The notes below the pieces were generated by a model. It had not been told where the DNA came from and did no database searches. It saw only the letters and a program-made list of their open reading frames with translations. A stretch of DNA of 63,261 nt, filler included, from Octopus bimaculoides (lineage: Eukaryota), in the NCBI RefSeq assembly GCF_001194135.2. It is 5 parts of 5 records of this genome, joined end to end, with 100 filler letters (N's around TTAATTAATTAA, not from the genome) between each part and the next. Parts side by side here need not be neighbours in the genome. Positions count along the whole stretch, not along the records: positions 43,072 to 51,811 come from NC_068990.1; positions 51,912 to 60,357 come from NC_068984.1; positions 60,458 to 63,261 come from NC_068998.1; 2 more parts are not named here. One strand, 5' to 3'. Of this stretch, positions 50,261 through 62,535 are shown in pieces. The position numbers were made by a program, and so were the translations under genes. Numbering within the stretch: the first letter of the stretch is position 1; each line of letters begins with the position of its first letter.

Positions 50261-51589
50261 CATTATTATTAGTAATTTGGTTTACATTGATTTTTCCATC
50301 TTAGTAAGGTTGAAAAGATGATTTCAACAAATAGGACAGTTGTAAACTGTTGAAGTTGTTGCTTTCATGAACAGATGTTTTAGTTTTCACTAACTTGTAA
50401 CTGCAAAGTAAAATTATAGATTTTTTATTGTTGCTGCTGCTGTTGTTGGTGTTAAGCTCCAGTAAGCAGACCTGTAATATGTAGGCAGTTGATTGGTTGA
50501 ACAACTAAGTGAAATTTCCAGACAATTGTTTCTGTGCCAACTTTTCATCATTCAACTAATATTCCACATATGACCATCTTGTTTAGATTTTTTAATATTT
50601 TATGTATATATTTTTTTTATTTTGATTTTTAAAAAATATTTTATGTAGGATTTATTAGTCTTTGGCTTAAGACCTAGTGTGGATTCTTGTAGTAGAGTTA
50701 ATGAGCTTCACTAAAGGTACCCAAGCTCCAGGTGATGGTGTTAAACTGGTCAATGAATTAGATCTAATTTCTGGAAGTAAAAATATTTCATTCAATGAAG
50801 AAGAGAAGAATACCTCCTACCATAACATGCATGAAAAAAATCAAAGTAAAACAGTTTGTAAAATAAATGCTTTTAGTGAAATAAGGGTCAATATTAACAA
50901 TTCTTTGTGATACTGAATCAAATTGTTCTTTTATGTGTGTTCTAATTTTTTACTTTTTTTCTCTAATATTTAAAAATCACATTTAAAGATACTAAAATAG
51001 GAATGTATAAGTAAATTGTGAAAGAAATGAAACTAAAAAATACTGGAAGTTATGACTTGGACTTCCCTGTCATAGAAGAGAAAGGGGAGTAAAATAGATA
51101 CTTTGTTATTGCATTGAGAATGAGGACATGTCTACAGACACCTGCGTTTATAATATCTGCAATTTATGTATAACATGTTGCAGATATTGCAACTGAAATA
51201 CACTCCTTAAATAAATATGATAGGAAAAGTTTATTCCATATCTTGCATCTTGATACAAGTTAGCAAACCCAGTTGCCTGTGACTGTGTCATAATCTTGTC
51301 AGATTAGCAAAGTTGGCTCAACCACTTGATAGAAAGAAGAGAACTGTCATCACAGAACATTTATTTGCACAATACAAGCTCATTCATTCTTTGAAAGAAA
51401 CTGTCTTGGTGCACTGTTAATTATAAGCAGGCAAGTCTTCAAATTAAAATTGAATAAGAATACACAGGGAGGATTACCCACATGAATACATGTGAAGGAC
51501 TAAGCTCAGTGATTATGAACTGATATCCTTGAATTTAATTTGTTCTATAAATGTAATGTTATACTTGAATTTAAATATTGGTATTTTTC

Positions 51590-51810
51590 ATCATCATCAT
51601 CATCATCATCGTTTAACGTCCGCTTTCCATGCTAGCATGGGTTGGACGATTTGACTGAGGACTGGTGAAACCGGATGGCAACACCAGGCTCCAGTCTGAT
51701 TTGGCAGAGTTTCTACAGCTGGATGCCCTTCCTAACGCCAACCACTCAGAGAGTGTAGTGGGTGCTTTTACGTGTCACCCGCACGAAAACGGCCACGCTC
51801 GAAATGGTGT
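51590..51810 (-). mobile_element. 3' end of an RTE-type LINE or partner SINE with (GAT)n tail
   Basis: (CAT)n followed by GTTTAACGTCCGCTTTCCATGCT...GGATGCCCTTCCTAACGCCAACC. The family assignment is from recall. A related decayed piece lies at about 44295-44425. Confidence 0.55.
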
Positions 51811-51912
51811 CNNNNNNNNNNNNNNNNNNNNNNNNNNNNNNNNNNNNNNNNNNNNTTAATTAATTAANNNNNNNNNNNNNNNNNNNNNNNNNNNNNNNNN
51901 NNNNNNNNNNNC

Positions 51913-52196
51913 AAAGCCTTGTGAGTGGATTTGGTAGACGGAAACTGAAAGAAGCCCGTCGTATGTATGTATATATATATGTATGTGTGTATGTGTTTGT
52001 GTGTCTGTCTTTTTCCCCCCCAACATCGCTTGACAACCGATGCTGGTGTGTTTATGTCCCCGTAAGCTAGCGGTTCGGCAAAAGAGACCGATAGAATAAG
52101 TACTAGGCTTCTAAAGAATAAGTCCTGGGGTCGATTTGCTCGACTAAAAGGTGGTGCTCCAGCATGGCCACAGTCAAAAGACTGAAACAAGTAAAA
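51913..52196 (+). mobile_element. SINE family A, young copy, head lost in gap
   Basis: CAAAGCCTTGTGAGTGGATTTGGTAGACGGAAACTGAAAGAAGCCCGTCG ... GACTGAAACAAGTAAAA. Confidence 0.9.
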
Positions 52197-53310
52197 AAAA
52201 AAATAAATAAAATAGATATATAGGTTCGTATAAATTAATTCGCGTTGGGTTCAACTCAGTATTACCTATGGATTGTCAACTACGTAGCTTTGGCGATATC
52301 CTGCCGGGTAAAATCACGCAAAACTACATACAGCAAAATAAAAGTCAGCAAATTCTGTATATGAATAGATTTTTAATTTTGACATAAACTTGCCAAACTA
52401 AGCAAGTGATTAAAGTTGTTATTATTACACGATTGCAGTTTCTTCGTGTTCGAAGATCATGTGAAAGGTGGCTATGTAAATCGATCCTAGATGCCGCAAA
52501 GTTTTTATTCATGCCTACACTTAGTAATTTTAATGTTAGAGTCAGTCAGTGCAATCCAATCTCATTCTTTAAACTTGGACATCTGACATCAGCAAGCTAA
52601 GACGGCTAAAGTAACCAGCAGATTAAATTAGACATTGGAGTGGCTTTCTCCTATGTGAATTGCCTCACAGGCTGGAGAGCTCCACCAAACCTAGACTTAC
52701 CAGAAGGGTGTCAAAGATGATACTGGAGCGCCTGAGAGATTCCACTCCTTTGTTTACTGTTGTATCGAAGCCTAGAATCGAAACCTTATAGCTTTACTCG
52801 CTAGGAGCTGACCACACTAAGATCAGGTAACACATCCTGAATAACAACCAATCAGCTTGCAGAAATATCACCCCCACATTATAGAATGTTTTATCATGTT
52901 CCAGAGGTTCCTGCGTAAAAGGGAGTTATAGAAGCAACTACGTGGGCAAGTATAGCACAGAAACAGAGAACCAGAGAAGTAACGATAGCAAAAAGAGACA
53001 ACAAACCTTTTAAGTAGTCAAGTTTTCTTGGTTGCAGCTCAACCTTGAGTTAACGGAAAAGTCGGCTATGAAAAACAGAGTATTTTCCCGCGTCTCATGC
53101 GAAGCCATTCTTTTCTGTTATTAATGTAACAACCAACTAGTCTCTATGTCTGGCACAATACAGTACTGGCAAGCCGAGCCACTATGTAATTATGTAAATA
53201 TTGTGATATACCCCTGTAAAAAATAAATGTTATTAGAGTTGGTTTTATTATGAGATAACACTCAGCCTAAATATCATACCAATATATATACACCCAAATA
53301 TGTACCCAAA

Positions 53311-53515
53311 AGCGGCGAGCTGACAGAATCGTTAGCACGCTGGGCAAAATGCTTAGTGGCGTTTCGTCCGTCTTTACGATCTGAGTTCAAATTCTGCCGA
53401 GGCCGACTTTGCCTTTCGTTGATAATATAAGTACCAGTTGAGCACAGGGGTCGATGTAATCGACTTGCCTGCTCCTCCGAAATTGCTGGCCTTGTGCCAA
53501 AATTTGAAACCGATA
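53311..53515 (+). mobile_element. SINE family B
   Basis: Head, B box, shortened central block and tail. Confidence 0.85.
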
Positions 53516-54965
53516 TATCAATACCTTTTAAATCAGTTCTCCACACTGACGAAGTTGATTCCCCGAGCCTTTTCCTTTTCAAGGCACAAACAAGGCAGTG
53601 AGAGTTAGTGCTTGGAGTTCCTTCCATAACATGCTAACTGACTTATAGTTGGGACCCTGACATATCCTGGTCAGAGTAGACACGAGAACAGTAGTGGTCA
53701 AGAGATAGGTCAAACCCTGGAACTTCCGAACCAGGGCCCCACTACCGGATATAATTTAAAGTCACACCTAGGACAGTATTACATATTAACTGATAAATCA
53801 TTACTTATCAGCGAGAATTTTTCGGAGAAAATTGAACAGTCATAGCAAAAGTATAGATATAATGTCTGAGTACAAAAACAGTACACACGCAACATTCTGA
53901 AATCTTCCTTCAAAATTCATTGTTATTCAGTGAGATAACAGAAGTACAGCAGATATTTGATATTTTAATAAACAACTGAGTAAATATACACGTCAGAGAT
54001 ATTAGCCTAGTCTCCAGCTACACTCCATACTTACTCTGGCGTGCGTGTGAACACGTGAGTCGTATTAAGCATTGCTGAAATCTAGAGTAGAGTAACAGGA
54101 GAAACATTCGAAAAGTAAGATAGTGACTAGGTTCCCTTGTGTCTATTACTTGGTGTGCAAGTGTGTGTGTGTGTATGTGGTGTGTGTTGCTGTTGTTGTT
54201 GTTATTGTCGCCGTCGTCATCGTCGTCGAAATTTTGCAAGAGTAAACAGTAACATTCCAATTCTCTTCGAATTCTTATCTACCTGGTTTTATCTCCTCTT
54301 ACTCTTTCATACACGCACGCACCTCGAGCCCACGCACGCGAGCATAAACACGCAGACACACAAGTATACACATGTGTGCATACATACATGTGTGTATGTG
54401 TGTGCGTATACAGATATATATTTATATATACATACATACAAATATATACATACATACATACATACATACATACACACGTATGATTACACACACACATACA
54501 CACACACACACACATATACAAAGAAAGTCAGGCACAAACACGCGCACATACAGGTGTCAGAGCAGATAAATGTGCGCGTAAGCACAATAACAACAAGAGA
54601 CAACAAAATAGTTTGGAACGATCTACAAAAGAAATGAGTCACGAACATGCGCATGTGAACATGTCTGGCGAAGTTGGAGGGGATGTTCTGGCTTCTCATT
54701 TTCCCTCGTTGCTTTCGGCCTCTTTACTTTTCTCACCTTCACGCACTGATACACATTTGTGCGCGCACGTGCATATGTACACGTATGAGGTATGCGCGCG
54801 CGATACGTTTATGTATAAGAGAGAGACAGACAGGCAGAGAGACAGAATTTATCTGTGTTTAGGTACCTTTTTGTATAAAGTTAAACTTACAAGCCAAAGG
54901 ATGTTAAATATAGGCGCAGTCTGTCTGTTTGTCTGTATGTATGTATATATAATACTCTTTTACTC

Positions 54966-55163
54966 TTTTATTTTTTTCAGTCATTTGACTGGGGCCATGC
55001 TGGAGCACCGCCTTTAGTCGAGTAAATCGACCCCAGGACTTATTCTTTGGATACCTAGTACTTATTCTATCGGTCTCTTTTGCCGAACCGCTAAGTTACG
55101 GGGACGTAAACACACCACCATCGGTTGTCAAGCGATGTTGGGGGAACAAACACAGACACACAC

Positions 55164-55198
<35 letters not shown>

Positions 55199-55364
55199 CA
55201 TATATACGACAGGCTTCTTTCAATTTCTGTCTACCAAATCCACTCACAAGGCTTTGGTTGGCCCGAGGCTATAGTAGAAGACACTTGCCCAAGGTGCCAC
55301 GCTGTGGGAATGAACCCGGAACCATGTGGTTGGTAAGCAAACTACTTACCACACACCCACTCCT
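54966..55364 (-). mobile_element. SINE family A, full length
   Basis: All blocks are present in order, including the tRNA-like head with A and B boxes on the minus strand. Confidence 0.9.
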
Positions 55365-55624
55365 ATAAAATATATATAATCGCTAGTATTAAATACATAA
55401 ATACTCTAATAATATTAATACTTTGATACAATAGAGCACTCAGTATATAATATTCTCATTGAATATATTTAATTAAAAATTTATGTATGTACGTATGATT
55501 ATACGTATCTATGCAAAATGTATATGTGTGTATGTTCGTGTAGGTATATGTTTGTGGGCATATATTCATACATACTGTATATATGCATACATACACACAG
55601 ACAAACACACACACACGAACCAAT

Positions 55625-55925
55625 GAAGGTGCCCTAAGTGGTTGCTCGACTTACAAGAAATAGCTGCCAAATCACCTTCAAATCATGTCCTACTGCCTTA
55701 GAAAATGAAGAGGATAGGATAAGGCTCTTTCCCAAGTCATATAAACTCATAGGGCCGATTTCCCAGTTTCCATGACACGCATATTCCCCCTTGGTGGGAG
55801 TGGGCTGGAGCAACGTGAAATAAAGTGTTTTGCTCAAGAACACAACACGTCACCCGGTTCAAGAATCGAAACCACAACCTTACGATCATAAACCCAACAT
55901 CATTACCACTAAACCACGCGCCTCC
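55625..55925 (-). mobile_element. SINE family D (CORE-like)
   Basis: Minus strand GGAGGCGCGTGGTTTAGTGG (A box), GGTTTCGATTC (B box) and TTGAGCAAAACACTTTATTTCACGTTGCTCCAG. Related pieces lie at about 43610-43725 and 56455-56590. Confidence 0.75.
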
Positions 55926-56049
55926 ACATCTTAGAAAAGGGTATGTGCATAGTGGTCCTGGATTCCCTGTATATAATGAAAAGATGTGATGGTTACGGCG
56001 GGAATGCTTTCGATCATATTTCTGCTCGATCATGGTTGACCTAGGGCTA

Positions 56050-57552
56050 AACAACTCCATCCCCACAACAACAACAACAACAATAACAAACATTCTCATC
56101 AGTAGCAGCACTGGTAACAAGACCATATCACCACAATAAAAACCAGCACTACAACACACCACCACAGCAATACACCACATACCACCACCATCACCACAAC
56201 AACAACGACAACAACATCGCCACTACAACACTCTAATACCACCACTATTACCCCCAAAAATCGGAACTCCGTCGGTTACTACGACGAAGGCTCCAGGTGA
56301 TCCGATCAACGAAACAGCTTGCTCGTGAAATTAACATGCAAGTGACTGAGTACTCCACAGACATGTGTCCCCTTAACATAGTTTTCAGGGAGATTCAGCA
56401 TGACACAGAGTGTGACAAGGCTGGCCCTTTGAAATATGGGTTATTCATTGAGTGAAGGCTCGTGGCTGCGTGGTTAGAGTATTCGGCTCAAGGTCGTAAG
56501 GTGGTGAGTTCGATACCTAGCAATGCGCTTTGTCCTTGAGCAAGAGACTTTATTTCAACTTGTTCCAATCCATTCAGGTAGCAAAAAAAATGATAATAAT
56601 AATAATGATCATATTACAACCATCATCATCACCATCGCCACCATCATCCCCACCACTACCTCCATCACCACCACCACCATCACCATCATCACCACAACAA
56701 CAATACTTGCAACCGTCACTCCCACCCACTATCACCACCCCCAACAACAGCAGCAACAATATCACTACCGCCACTATCACTACTACCATCACTACTACAA
56801 CCACAACCACACCATTATCCCCTCACCCCCATATCACCACGACCACAACAGATCTACATCAACAACAAAACCGCTGCCATACCATCATCCCTACTGCTGC
56901 TGAGACCCCCTTCGGTCGTGACTGACCATGGGATTGCACCTAGAAAGCTACCCTCCCAAGCACAAGTCCGGGCAAGGTTGTTTCATGGAAGACCAGCAGT
57001 TGCCCATGCATACCGGTCACCATCCCTACCACCACTATCACTATCACCAAGACCGAAATAACACATCAACAACAAGACGATACATGACCACCACCAGGAC
57101 CATCATAACCTCTAACCTCCACGATCACAACAAAAGCAATAACACCAATCGAATATCCAGTATCCGAAGCCTCATTGCTGGACTCCTTCCATCGGTGTCT
57201 GTCTTTGGGTCAGTCGTGGCTTTGTAGGCCGCAGGTCACTGTGGGTGGAGATCAACTGATGGACAACAGATGGACAATCAGGATGACGGGATGAACACTA
57301 AGACAATGGACAATTACACCGTCACCATCATATCATCACGACCACAACACATCAACGACACCATCACCACCCAGTCACCATCCACCACCACCACTACCAT
57401 CATGCCACCACCACCACCACCGCCATCGCTACCATATCACCAAGCGCACTGTAACACTTCAACAACAATAACAACCTGCCACCGCCATCACCACCACCAC
57501 CACCGCCACCACCACCACCACCGTATCGCTCAGGAGCGAGACAACACATCAA
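56050..57552. repeat. Cryptic (ACC/AAC/ATC)n field containing a family C 3' piece (about 56245-56440, -) and RTE 3' relics (about 56905-57010 and 57150-57260, -)
   Basis: The trinucleotide low complexity is visible. The minus strand reads KDRHRWKESSNEASD, similar to the RTE C-terminal DR..W motif. Confidence 0.6.
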
Positions 57553-58542
57553 NNNNNNNNNNNNNNNNNNNNNNNNNNNNNNNNNNNNNNNNNNNNNNNN
57601 NNNNNNNNNNNNNNNNNNNNNNNNNNNNNNNNNNNNNNNNNNNNNNNNNNNNNNNNNNNNNNNNNNNNNNNNNNNNNNNNNNNNNNNNNNNNNNNNNNNN
57701 NNNNNNNNNNNNNNNNNNNNNNNNNNNNNNNNNNNNNNNNNNNNNNNNNNNNNNNNNNNNNNNNNNNNNNNNNNNNNNNNNNNNNNNNNNNNNNNNNNNN
57801 NNNNNNNNNNNNNNNNNNNNNNNNNNNNNNNNNNNNNNNNNNNNNNNNNNNNNNNNNNNNNNNNNNNNNNNNNNNNNNNNNNNNNNNNNNNNNNNNNNNN
57901 NNNNNNNNNNNNNNNNNNNNNNNNNNNNNNNNNNNNNNNNNNNNNNNNNNNNNNNNNNNNNNNNNNNNNNNNNNNNNNNNNNNNNNNNNNNNNNNNNNNN
58001 NNNNNNNNNNNNNNNNNNNNNNNNNNNNNNNNNNNNNNNNNNNNNNNNNNNNNNNNNNNNNNNNNNNNNNNNNNNNNNNNNNNNNNNNNNNNNNNNNNNN
58101 NNNNNNNNNNNNNNNNNNNNNNNNNNNNNNNNNNNNNNNNNNNNNNNNNNNNNNNNNNNNNNNNNNNNNNNNNNNNNNNNNNNNNNNNNNNNNNNNNNNN
58201 NNNNNNNNNNNNNNNNNNNNNNNNNNNNNNNNNNNNNNNNNNNNNNNNNNNNNNNNNNNNNNNNNNNNNNNNNNNNNNNNNNNNNNNNNNNNNNNNNNNN
58301 NNNNNNNNNNNNNNNNNNNNNNNNNNNNNNNNNNNNNNNNNNNNTATGTACCCGTAACTTAACGGCTCTGAAAAAGAGACCGACAGAATAAGTACTAGGC
58401 TTACAACGAATAAGTCCTGGGGTCGATTTCTTCGACTAAAACCCTTTAAGGCGGTGCTCCAGTATGGCCACAGTTAAATGACTGAAACAAGTAAAAGAAT
58501 AAAAGAAATAAATGTATGGCTACATAATTATATTCTCTAGAG

Positions 58543-59390
58543 CAGTGCTACTCAAGGTAGTAGTCCGCAGACCGATGCCGGTCCGCAAGCCATCAGCTGC
58601 CGGTACGCGATTTTTTTTTTCCCACGAGAGTTCCGGATCCCAGTTATGAACTCATTTGCATACAACCAATCAGAGCTCAGCTATCAAACTAATTTATGAG
58701 CACATAACAAGTGATGGGCGATAAGATAAGGTCACTTGGGTAAGGAATGACCATGCTTCTTTTCTCTTTTAATAATGCTTGTTGTTCTTGTTCTTGTTTC
58801 AACCATGGCTGCTTCTGCGTAATTATTTGTGTTGTTGTTTACTTTGTAAAACAGTAAAGGGATAGGGTTACTAGTACATCACCCTCCACCCACATTTTTC
58901 CCATCCACATCTTTACCATATGGGGCCCTAACAAAATCCGATAATAGGTATAGATGCAATTCTATCTAATAACTTGTCTCCTAAAATCAAGCATAACTTG
59001 GCGATCGGTCGACTTACAACACCGTCCTTCGTGTTGAGTTTACTTAGTAGAATGTGTTTATTAACTTGACAAGGTCAAGGTGAGCTCTGATTGGCTGTAT
59101 GCAAATGAGTTCATTACTGGGGTCCGGAAATCTCATGGGAAAAAAATTTCGCTGCTGGTACGCGGCGTGTTACCAGAAAAGAAAGAAACATTATAAAATG
59201 CTTGTAAAATGCCTATGTAATATTGTATTATTTATTCACAAAATAGATATAAGATAAAAAAAATTGTCAACTTTTATTATATTCAATATATATATATATT
59301 GTTTCCGGTATAAATTAATATTACTAAGGAATATTACAGGTCCCTGGCAAAACTGCCGGTACGCTACATCAGATAGTTTGAGAAGCACTG
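58543..59390. mobile_element. Non-autonomous hAT (Charlie-type) element, 848 bp
   Basis: TIRs CAGTGCT.CTCAA / TTGAG.AGCACTG. The left flank is CTCTAGAG and the right flank is CTCTA then gap, consistent with an 8-bp NTCTAGAN TSD. Confidence 0.85.
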
Positions 59391-60208
59391 CTCTANNNNN
59401 NNNNNNNNNNNNNNNNNNNNNNNNNNNNNNNNNNNNNNNNNNNNNNNNNNNNNNNNNNNNNNNNNNNNNNNNNNNNNNNNNNNNNNNNNNNNNNNNNNNN
59501 NNNNNNNNNNNNNNNNNNNNNNNNNNNNNNNNNNNNNNNNNNNNNNNNNNNNNNNNNNNNNNNNNNNNNNNNNNNNNNNNNNNNNNNNNNNNNNNNNNNN
59601 NNNNNNNNNNNNNNNNNNNNNNNNNNTGTATGTGTGTGTGTGTGTGTGCGTCAGTATGAATGTATAGTTTGCATAATCTTCTCGCTTTGAATGAGCCAAG
59701 AAGAAATACCTCAGTAGCCTGTTGCATGTATACAAACGACACAGGTATATCAAATACCGTACAACTTAAACTCTACAGTTTATTTGAATTTTCTTTGCCT
59801 CAAAAGGATTTGTTACATCGGAGTTGACTTGGGCCCAGAAAACAACAACGATAACTAACTACTACTACGACGACAACAACAGTAAGAACAGTAGTAACAA
59901 CTGTAACAACATCAATAGCAACAACATCAACAACGACAACACCACTAACAGTAACAACAGCATAGAAACTGCGCGGCAGCTCGATATACTCAAATTAGTA
60001 ACCAGATTTCACATGACATTTTACGGTCGCGTAAAAAAAAATGCAATATTGTCACTGCTGGGACGCTTTTGATAACAGATCTGTTTAGTCGGGGTAATGA
60101 CCTAGGAAGAACAACAACAGCAAATTTTCTCCTAACGAGTAAGAATTCTCATAACAGACTTTACTGTAAGTGATTTGCTGTTAGCGCTATGACCTAACTC
60201 TGTGAAAT

Positions 60209-60310
60209 CTCGGATCAGGCTGCACCTCGGATCAGGCTGCACCTCGGATCAGGCTGCACCTCGGATCAGGCTGCACCTCGAATCAGGCTGCACCTCGGAT
60301 CAGGCTGCAC
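60209..60310. repeat. 17-bp tandem repeat (CTCGGATCAGGCTGCAC) x6
   Basis: Six units, with one substitution in unit 5. Confidence 0.95.
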
Positions 60311-60457
60311 CTGTGGAAATTTTAATGTTTAGTGAAAATTTTAAAATTTGGTGTATTNNNNNNNNNNNNNNNNNNNNNNNNNNNNNNNNNNNNNNNNNNN
60401 NTTAATTAATTAANNNNNNNNNNNNNNNNNNNNNNNNNNNNNNNNNNNNNNNNNNNN

Positions 60458-60492
<35 letters not shown>

Positions 60493-60593
60493 TAAAATGG
60501 AATAGTTATGGCGAAACATTGTGTGATCAATGCCAGATGAATTTATAAACTAAGCTCCGAAAAGAAAAGAGAACAAAGCTGGGAGTTTTACCT

Positions 60594-60637
60594 CATATTT
60601 CAATATTTCGGGGTTATAACACCTTCTTCAGGACATG
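60594..60637 (-). ncRNA. Minimal type I hammerhead motif 3' of a PLE endonuclease
   Basis: Minus strand CATGTC-CTGAAGA-A-GGtGT(tata)ACcCC-GAA-ATAT-T-GAaaTATG. Intact core and palindromic ATAT. Stem I needs a 2-nt bulge. Confidence 0.55.
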
Positions 60638-60699
60638 TGGACAAGTGAGGGATCGAAACGCACAAACTGGTGGTGCTATTGCCACTAGTCTCCTTCACG

Positions 60700-61110
60700 T
60701 AGCTTTTTTTCTGTTATTTGTAGCTGGTCCCTTTTTGTTGGTAAGGAGGGCCGCCATGATTCTGAGATGGTCCCTATTCCGCTGAATGGCTGATTCTGAT
60801 GGTTATCGTAAAATCCTGGGTCTGATACTCCCGTAGGTGTTTTATGATCGATGTTTCTATGCTCATATGTTCCTTGGTTAGAAAATGCAGTTTTCTGGAG
60901 TTGTTCACTCTGTAGGATGCTCCACATTTGCTGAAGACTACCTCATAAACTACATAGGCCCTCGAGCATATTTCGAAGTCGTTGATGGGGCAATTAGTTA
61001 GTATATACCCACCACGATGCTGCCTGTTGAATTATTTCTATTTCTAGATGAAAATTTCGTCAGGCATGGACCGATGAGTACCATCTGTATGTAAAATCTC
61101 TCCCTGCGGA
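60700..61110 (-). pseudogene. Decayed Penelope-like element C-terminus (linker plus GIY-YIG endonuclease)
   Basis: The minus strand reads CSRAYVVYEVVFSKCGASY...SRKLHFLTKEH...SIIKHL...DFTITI, then (shifted) LRIMAALLTNKKGPATN. This matches VVY.I.C..C...Y(IG).T.R.L..R..EH ... LE.L.I....P.LN. Confidence 0.75.
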
Positions 61111-61439
61111 TCGCTTATTGTTCTGTCGTCGAAATGGAGAAGTTTAATGAAGTACATGTCAGATAAGAGCAGAAGCTACAACAACAACAACAACAACGAC
61201 GACGATAAGAAAAACATGAACAAAAACGATAAGAAGTTGAAAGGAGATAAAAAAAAAAAAAAAATATTGAAAGAAACACAAACTCAGCTGCCGCCATTAC
61301 AGCAAAAACTGCTGCAAAAGGAATTTCTTTTGCAAGTACTGCAAGAATCTACGAGATTTCTGCATTTGTTAGGTGCAGCGACAATTGTCATAATAAATTG
61401 TGAAGAAAAATGGGTGACGAATAACCCTAAACCCTCTAA

Positions 61440-61700
61440 CAGACGCTGTAGAAAACATTCTCTAATACACGGTTATGTAACGCTGCATCGGAACACAATC
61501 GAGTCGGGTAGAAAAGGCAACTGAAGCCTGGGTACAAAAGTGCAACTGGAGATCCCATGCAAGATTGATGTTTAGCAAAAAAGCAGCCTTATTGGGCACA
61601 GCACACATCTTAAGGAAAGTATTATCTGTCTGAGGTCTTTATTGTGACTTGACAGATGACTAAAGACACCGGCGCAGTTTACCTGCACTGTGTTACGAAG

Positions 61701-61701
<1 letters not shown>
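61440..61701 (+). mobile_element. R4/Dong-type 3' end running into (AAT)n
   Basis: KAALLGTAHILRKVLSV*, then UTR GAGGTC....TGTGACTTGA similar to that at 11300-11330. Confidence 0.75.
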
Positions 61702-61763
<62 letters not shown>

Positions 61764-62145
61764 NNNNNNNNNNNNNNNNNNNNNNNNNNNNNNNNNNNNN
61801 NNNNNNNNNNNNNNNNNNNNNNNNNNNNNNNNNNNNNNNNNNNNNNNNNNNNNNNNNNNNNNNNNNNNNNNNNNNNNNNNNNNNNNNNNNNNNNNNNNNN
61901 NNNNNNNNNNNNNNNNNNNNNNNNNNNNNNNNNNNNNNNNNNNNNNNNNNNNNNNNNNNNNNNNNNNNNNNNNNNNNNNNNNNNNNNNNNNNNNNNNNNN
62001 NNNNNNNNNNNNNNNNNNNNNNNNNNNNNNNNNNNNNNNNNNNNNNNNNNNNNNNNNNNNNNNNNNNNNNNNNNNNNNNNNNNNNNNNNNNNNNNNNNNN
62101 NNNNNNNNNNNNNNNNNNNNNNNNNNNNNNNNNNNNNNNNNNNNT

Positions 62146-62297
62146 CTTGATATGAGATCACCATGTCGCGCACACATGGTTGTGATGCATGTGCCTGGTG
62201 TACCCTTATCAGACGGGTAGTCATGATGGGTATAATGGGCTTCGTATATTTTACTCCAGTGTCACTTTGATGGCATGCACTGCTCTCTCACTCGATG
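62146..62297 (+). mobile_element. Unassigned retroelement-like 3' end running into (AAT)n
   Basis: A unique GC-richer segment between a gap and a long AAT tail. No coding motif is visible. Confidence 0.4.
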
Positions 62298-62359
<62 letters not shown>

Positions 62360-62360
<1 letters not shown>

Positions 62361-62535
62361 GCCCTTTCTACTATAGGCACAAGGCCTGAAGTATAAGTCG
62401 CTGACATCGACCTCAATGCTCGACTGGTACTTGTTTTATTGACCTCGAAAGGATTAAAGGCAAAGTCGACTTTGGTGGAAATTGAACTCAGAACGTAAAG
62501 GCGAACGAAGATGCCGCAAAGCATTTTGTCCGGCT
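62360..62535 (-). mobile_element. SINE family B, decayed
   Basis: AAAGGCAAAGTCGAC, GGAAATTGAACTCAGAACGT and CTATAGGCACAAGGCCTGAA blocks. Confidence 0.75.

Noticed and set aside
50677-50910. 77-aa ORF in repeat-free AT-rich DNA
   Set aside because: There is no recognisable domain or convincing splice context. It could be a last exon but this is unsupported.
52540-52800. Possible old RTE/CR1 coding relic
   Set aside because: Conceptual translations gave no motif I could identify with confidence.
54035-54081. 47-nt minus-strand micro-exon candidate with a strong GTAAGT donor and a pyrimidine-rich acceptor
   Set aside because: Plausible, but it is too short to assign a frame or product without RNA-seq.
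60209-60310. CRISPR-like array (also 29244-29294)
   Set aside because: These are contiguous tandem units with no spacers, in eukaryotic DNA with no cas genes.
61147-61524. 125-aa ORF MKYMSDKSRSYNNNN...
   Set aside because: It is composed of AAC/GAC/poly-A low complexity running into a LINE relic.
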